Shown here in pieces: positions 25,263 through 27,891 of a stretch of DNA of 27,891 nucleotides. A program made the position numbers and the translations under genes. Source of the stretch: a virus (Duplodnaviria; Caudoviricetes); the IMG/VR virus record IMGVR_UViG_3300024287_000138, positions 1-27,891 of that record, one strand, 5' to 3'. The notes beneath the pieces were generated by a model that was not told the origin of the DNA, did no database searches, and saw nothing but the letters and a program-made list of their open reading frames with translations. The stretch's first letter is position 1, and every line of letters begins with the position of its first letter.

Positions 25263-26075
25263 ATGACCAGCTCCCTCGAAATCATCGACCGTCTCCCCTA
25301 CGAGCTCGCCGCGCGCCTCGAGGCCGATCCTTTCTTCATCGACATCCCCGTCGTCGTCTTCGAGGAAGGCAACCTCAAAGCCGAGATGGACCGTAAGCAA
25401 GCCCTGGTCACGACCAAGACCGGCCGCCGCGGCGTCGCCGTCATCGTCCTCCAGGTCGTCGCCGACGACCTCTATCCCGACGTCATGTTCAATCCCTTGC
25501 TATTGCACCCCGCCTTCCAGGTCGTCGAACTCGTCGAACTCAATCGCGACCCCAACGGCACCGGCAAATCCGCCCGCAAAGTCGCCCGCCGGATCCGCGA
25601 CCTCCTCAAAATCTTCGGCATGTATGGCGTCGCCAAAACCATGATTGCCGACGAACCCTGCATCGAACCCGTCAAACTCGCCGACGAACTCGGCAAATCC
25701 GTCAAAGCCTATCAGGTCAATTTCCGCTGCCTCGAGGACCACGACGAGCTCCTCAACCAATGCCTCCGCCCCACCTTCCAGGTCACCGGCGCCACCCTCG
25801 AGCTCCTGTCCGAAACTGCGGACGCCGAGATCTATTACACCATCGAAGGCGACCCCGCCGAATGCATCGGCTCCAAGACCTATCCCTCGAAGCAAAACCC
25901 TCTCGCCCATCTCTACAACACCGCGCTCCCGATCCCCGACGCCGGCTTCATCATCCGCGCTTGCGCCTATCCCGCCGGCACAACCAACGCCGGCAACGGC
26001 GGCGAACCCATCGATCCCGACTTGCTAAGCACCACCGCCTCCTGGGTCACCCGCGCCGAAATCTTCCCCTCATGA
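25263..26075 (+). CDS. Putative tail-completion protein with C-terminal Fn3-associated/chitobiase-type Ig-like domain
   Basis: Position between the neck and tail-tube genes; C-terminal PTF...LELLSETADAEIYYTIEG.P...Y...IRACAY pattern. Confidence 0.6.
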   Translation: MTSSLEIIDRLPYELAARLEADPFFIDIPVVVFEEGNLKAEMDRKQALVTTKTGRRGVAVIVLQVVADDLYPDVMFNPLLLHPAFQVVELVELNRDPNGTGKSARKVARRIRDLLKIFGMYGVAKTMIADEPCIEPVKLADELGKSVKAYQVNFRCLEDHDELLNQCLRPTFQVTGATLELLSETADAEIYYTIEGDPAECIGSKTYPSKQNPLAHLYNTALPIPDAGFIIRACAYPAGTTNAGNGGEPIDPDLLSTTASWVTRAEIFPS

Positions 26076-26278
26076 GAACAACCGCTCTTCCTCCGTCTCT
26101 GCGTTCTCTGCGTTCTGCACCCCGAAGACTTTCGGGGCTGCGGTTAATTCCTGCTTTTTCTGCTCCGTCTCTGTGCCTCCGTGCCTCTGTGGTTAAAACT
26201 CCGTCTCTGCGTTCTCTGCGTTCTCTGCGGTTAATTTCTGGTCCCGCTCTCAACTCTCAACCATCAACCATCAACTAA
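26072..26278 (+). other. Repeat-built linker mini-ORF (68 aa)
   Basis: ATGA overlap upstream; three family-A-type arrays plus CTCTCAA/CCATCAA 7-mers; stop 3 nt before the next ATG. Confidence 0.6.
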
Positions 26279-26281
26279 TCT

Positions 26282-27235
26282 ATGGCTAACATCGTCCTTC
26301 CCATCATCATCCAGGGCCCGGCCTTCATCTCCATCGCCGGCACCGTCCTCTACACCGAGCGCGACATCTCCGTCGAACAAAACACCGACGCCTGGAACCC
26401 CGAGTCCGCCTACGGCCCCCTGGGCCAGCGCCACAAATCCCGCAAGGACGTCCTCATCTTCAAACCCGTCGGCATGATAACCGCCGGCCTGCTCAATTTC
26501 TTCTACGCCGCCCACCTCACGCCCACCTCCATCGGCACATCGATCTTCACCGGCTCAGGCGTCGTCTTTGTCTCCTCGATCTCCGAAAACAAAACCTACA
26601 CCTGGCGCCGCGGCGGCATCTCCAAACCTCCCGGCCTGGCCGCCAAACCCACCTCTACTCTCTTCGGCTCCATGTCTGTCACCTGCATCGGTGCGCCGGC
26701 CGTCCAACCCCTCGACGCGCACTTCTGGCTCGCCGCCGAAGCTGCCGCCACCGCCGACACCACCTTCGACCAGACCAAAATCATCTCCGACATCTACAGC
26801 GCCGCCCTGGGCTCCCGCGGCGCTCCCTACAACGCCATGGGCGGCATCGAAGGCTTCGATATCGACTTCGGTTTCGAAACCGTGGACGTCCCCGCCTCCG
26901 ACCTCGGCTTTGCCGACATCATCCTCCGCGGCCTGTCCATCACAGCCAGCTTCCGTCCCTCCAACCTCACCGAGACCCAGGTCAACACCCTCGTCCGCCT
27001 CCAGGACACCACCGCCGTCCTCCCTGGCCAACCCTACGCCAAAGAACTCGAAGACCTCGTCATCACCGGCACCCAAATCGGCTGGGTCTTCACCCTCAAA
27101 GCCGTCGGCGCAAAACGCGCCGGCAAGATCTACCAGGTCGGTGTCCATCGCCATAACAACATCGAATTCGTCAACCAACGCACCTGGACCGCCGGCGTCC
27201 CCAATGCCCTCTTCGCCTACACCGCCCCCTCATGA
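26282..27235 (+). CDS. Putative major tail (tube) protein
   Basis: 317 aa, beta-rich; IIQGPAFI N-terminus; position after the tail-completion gene. Assignment is positional. Confidence 0.6.
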   Translation: MANIVLPIIIQGPAFISIAGTVLYTERDISVEQNTDAWNPESAYGPLGQRHKSRKDVLIFKPVGMITAGLLNFFYAAHLTPTSIGTSIFTGSGVVFVSSISENKTYTWRRGGISKPPGLAAKPTSTLFGSMSVTCIGAPAVQPLDAHFWLAAEAAATADTTFDQTKIISDIYSAALGSRGAPYNAMGGIEGFDIDFGFETVDVPASDLGFADIILRGLSITASFRPSNLTETQVNTLVRLQDTTAVLPGQPYAKELEDLVITGTQIGWVFTLKAVGAKRAGKIYQVGVHRHNNIEFVNQRTWTAGVPNALFAYTAPS

Positions 27236-27313
27236 ATTCTTTTCTTACTCTATCTCTGCCTCTGCCTCTGCCTCTGATTTCAGCTTTCAGCTTTCAGCTT
27301 TCAGCTTTTCTAT

Positions 27314-27715
27314 ATGTCTGACCGCGGCACATGGAAAATCCTCATCGGCGGCGCCACCCTCCTCGACTACGCCAACGTCGCCAACCCACGCGACAACGAC
27401 GGCGGCCCCGTCATCCAGCAGGAAGCACTCTTCCGCGCCCCCTCCCTCACCTTCCTCCAGCGCGCAAACTTCGGTCTGCACCTCGTCTTCGACATCACCA
27501 TCCTGCAGGCCAACAACGCCGACGCCATGGCTTTCTTCCTCACCGCGCCCCAGACCTGGTCCGGCGTCAACGACGTCGCCCTCACCCACAAAGATCACAC
27601 CGGCGCCGAGACCACAAAAAACCTCACCGCCGCCTCCGTCCGACTCAAATGCTCGCCCCCGATCGGCGTCACCAACCTCGCCACCCTAACCATCACCGGC
27701 GGCCTTATCGCCTGA
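27314..27715 (+). CDS. Hypothetical tail-region protein
   Basis: 133 aa, beta-rich, late-gene codon usage. Confidence 0.7.
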   Translation: MSDRGTWKILIGGATLLDYANVANPRDNDGGPVIQQEALFRAPSLTFLQRANFGLHLVFDITILQANNADAMAFFLTAPQTWSGVNDVALTHKDHTGAETTKNLTAASVRLKCSPPIGVTNLATLTITGGLIA

Positions 27716-27891
27716 TTACCCAACCTATGAAACCCCCTTGCAATCCCCCTTCAACTCCGCCTCCGTCTCTGCGTTCTTTGCGTTCTCTGCGGTTAAATCT
27801 TTTCCGTTCCCCATCCGTTCAATCCGTGCAATCCGTGGTTAAAAAGTCCCTTCTCTGCGTTCTCTGCGTTCTCTGCGGTTATTCCTCTAGA

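Larger units (their letters stand above)
11374..26278 (+). repeat. Family E dispersed repeat: CAACTAT/CAACTCT/CAACCAT 7-mers
   Basis: Copies near 11374, 21627, 23080, 23619, 26247, each ending a few nt before an ATG. Confidence 0.85.
23909..27310 (+). repeat. Family F dispersed repeat: (TTTCAGS)3-4-TTTTC
   Basis: Copies near 23909, 24668, 25227, 27278, each directly upstream of a neck/tail gene start. Confidence 0.92.
5688..27881 (+). repeat. Family A dispersed repeat: (CTCTGCGTT)2-CTCTGCGGTTAA and variants
   Basis: Copies start near 5688, 10884, 11064, 11410, 11471, 14272, 15849, 15922, 16552, 18017, 20061, 20719, 23135, 26097, 26169, 26205, 27767, 27853; related variants at 18201 and 27813. 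Confidence 0.97.
7..27891. mobile_element. Mu-like transposable prophage/phage (left part; runs off the right edge of the window)
   Basis: Adjacent MuA-like transposase and MuB-like ATPase, GemA, DUF3102, gp26/gp27/gp28-like genes, followed by head, neck and tail genes; candidate TG terminus at nt 7. Confidence 0.93.

Noticed and set aside
11457-27689. Numerous alternative-frame and antisense ORFs over late genes (e.g. 17180-17989, 18760-19731, 19244-20101, 26568-27689)
   Set aside because: Explained by the extreme C-ending codon bias of the real genes; low-complexity translations with no motifs.
5688-27881. Family A repeats as a CRISPR array
   Set aside because: Copies are dispersed at irregular, often kb-scale distances, are internally tandem, have no uniform spacers, and no cas genes are present.
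1-27891. Diversity-generating retroelement or retron as the source of the repeats
   Set aside because: No reverse transcriptase motif, Avd-like gene or TR/VR pair is visible in this window; one could still lie elsewhere.

Overview
The window is the left about 28 kb of a Mu-like transposable (pro)phage with a B3/BcepMu-type inverted layout. A probable TGTACA terminus with transposase-binding repeats lies at nt 7-51. A leftward early operon carries a DDE-family transposase, a MuB-like ATPase, GemA, DUF3102, ASCH, a minimal PolX and a DnaA-C-like HTH. A switch of two divergent ribbon-helix-helix genes sits at about 9.7 kb. The rightward late operon has an OM beta-barrel, an alpha/beta hydrolase, secreted proteins, a stand-alone receiver domain, Mu gp26/gp27/gp28-like packaging genes, an HK97-type portal-MuF fusion, protease and capsid, then neck and tail genes. 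The most striking feature is a dispersed system of at least six families of short 3-5-unit tandem repeats (7-, 8- and 9-mers; about 50 loci by eye). Every multi-copy family keeps one DNA-strand orientation regardless of gene direction. The repeats sit in-frame inside essential proteins, form signal-peptide cores, carry nested 21-bp hairpin inserts, and fill late gene junctions as stop-free linker mini-ORFs running from the upstream stop (ATGA overlap) to the downstream start. All family calls come from reading motifs by eye; no database search was run.
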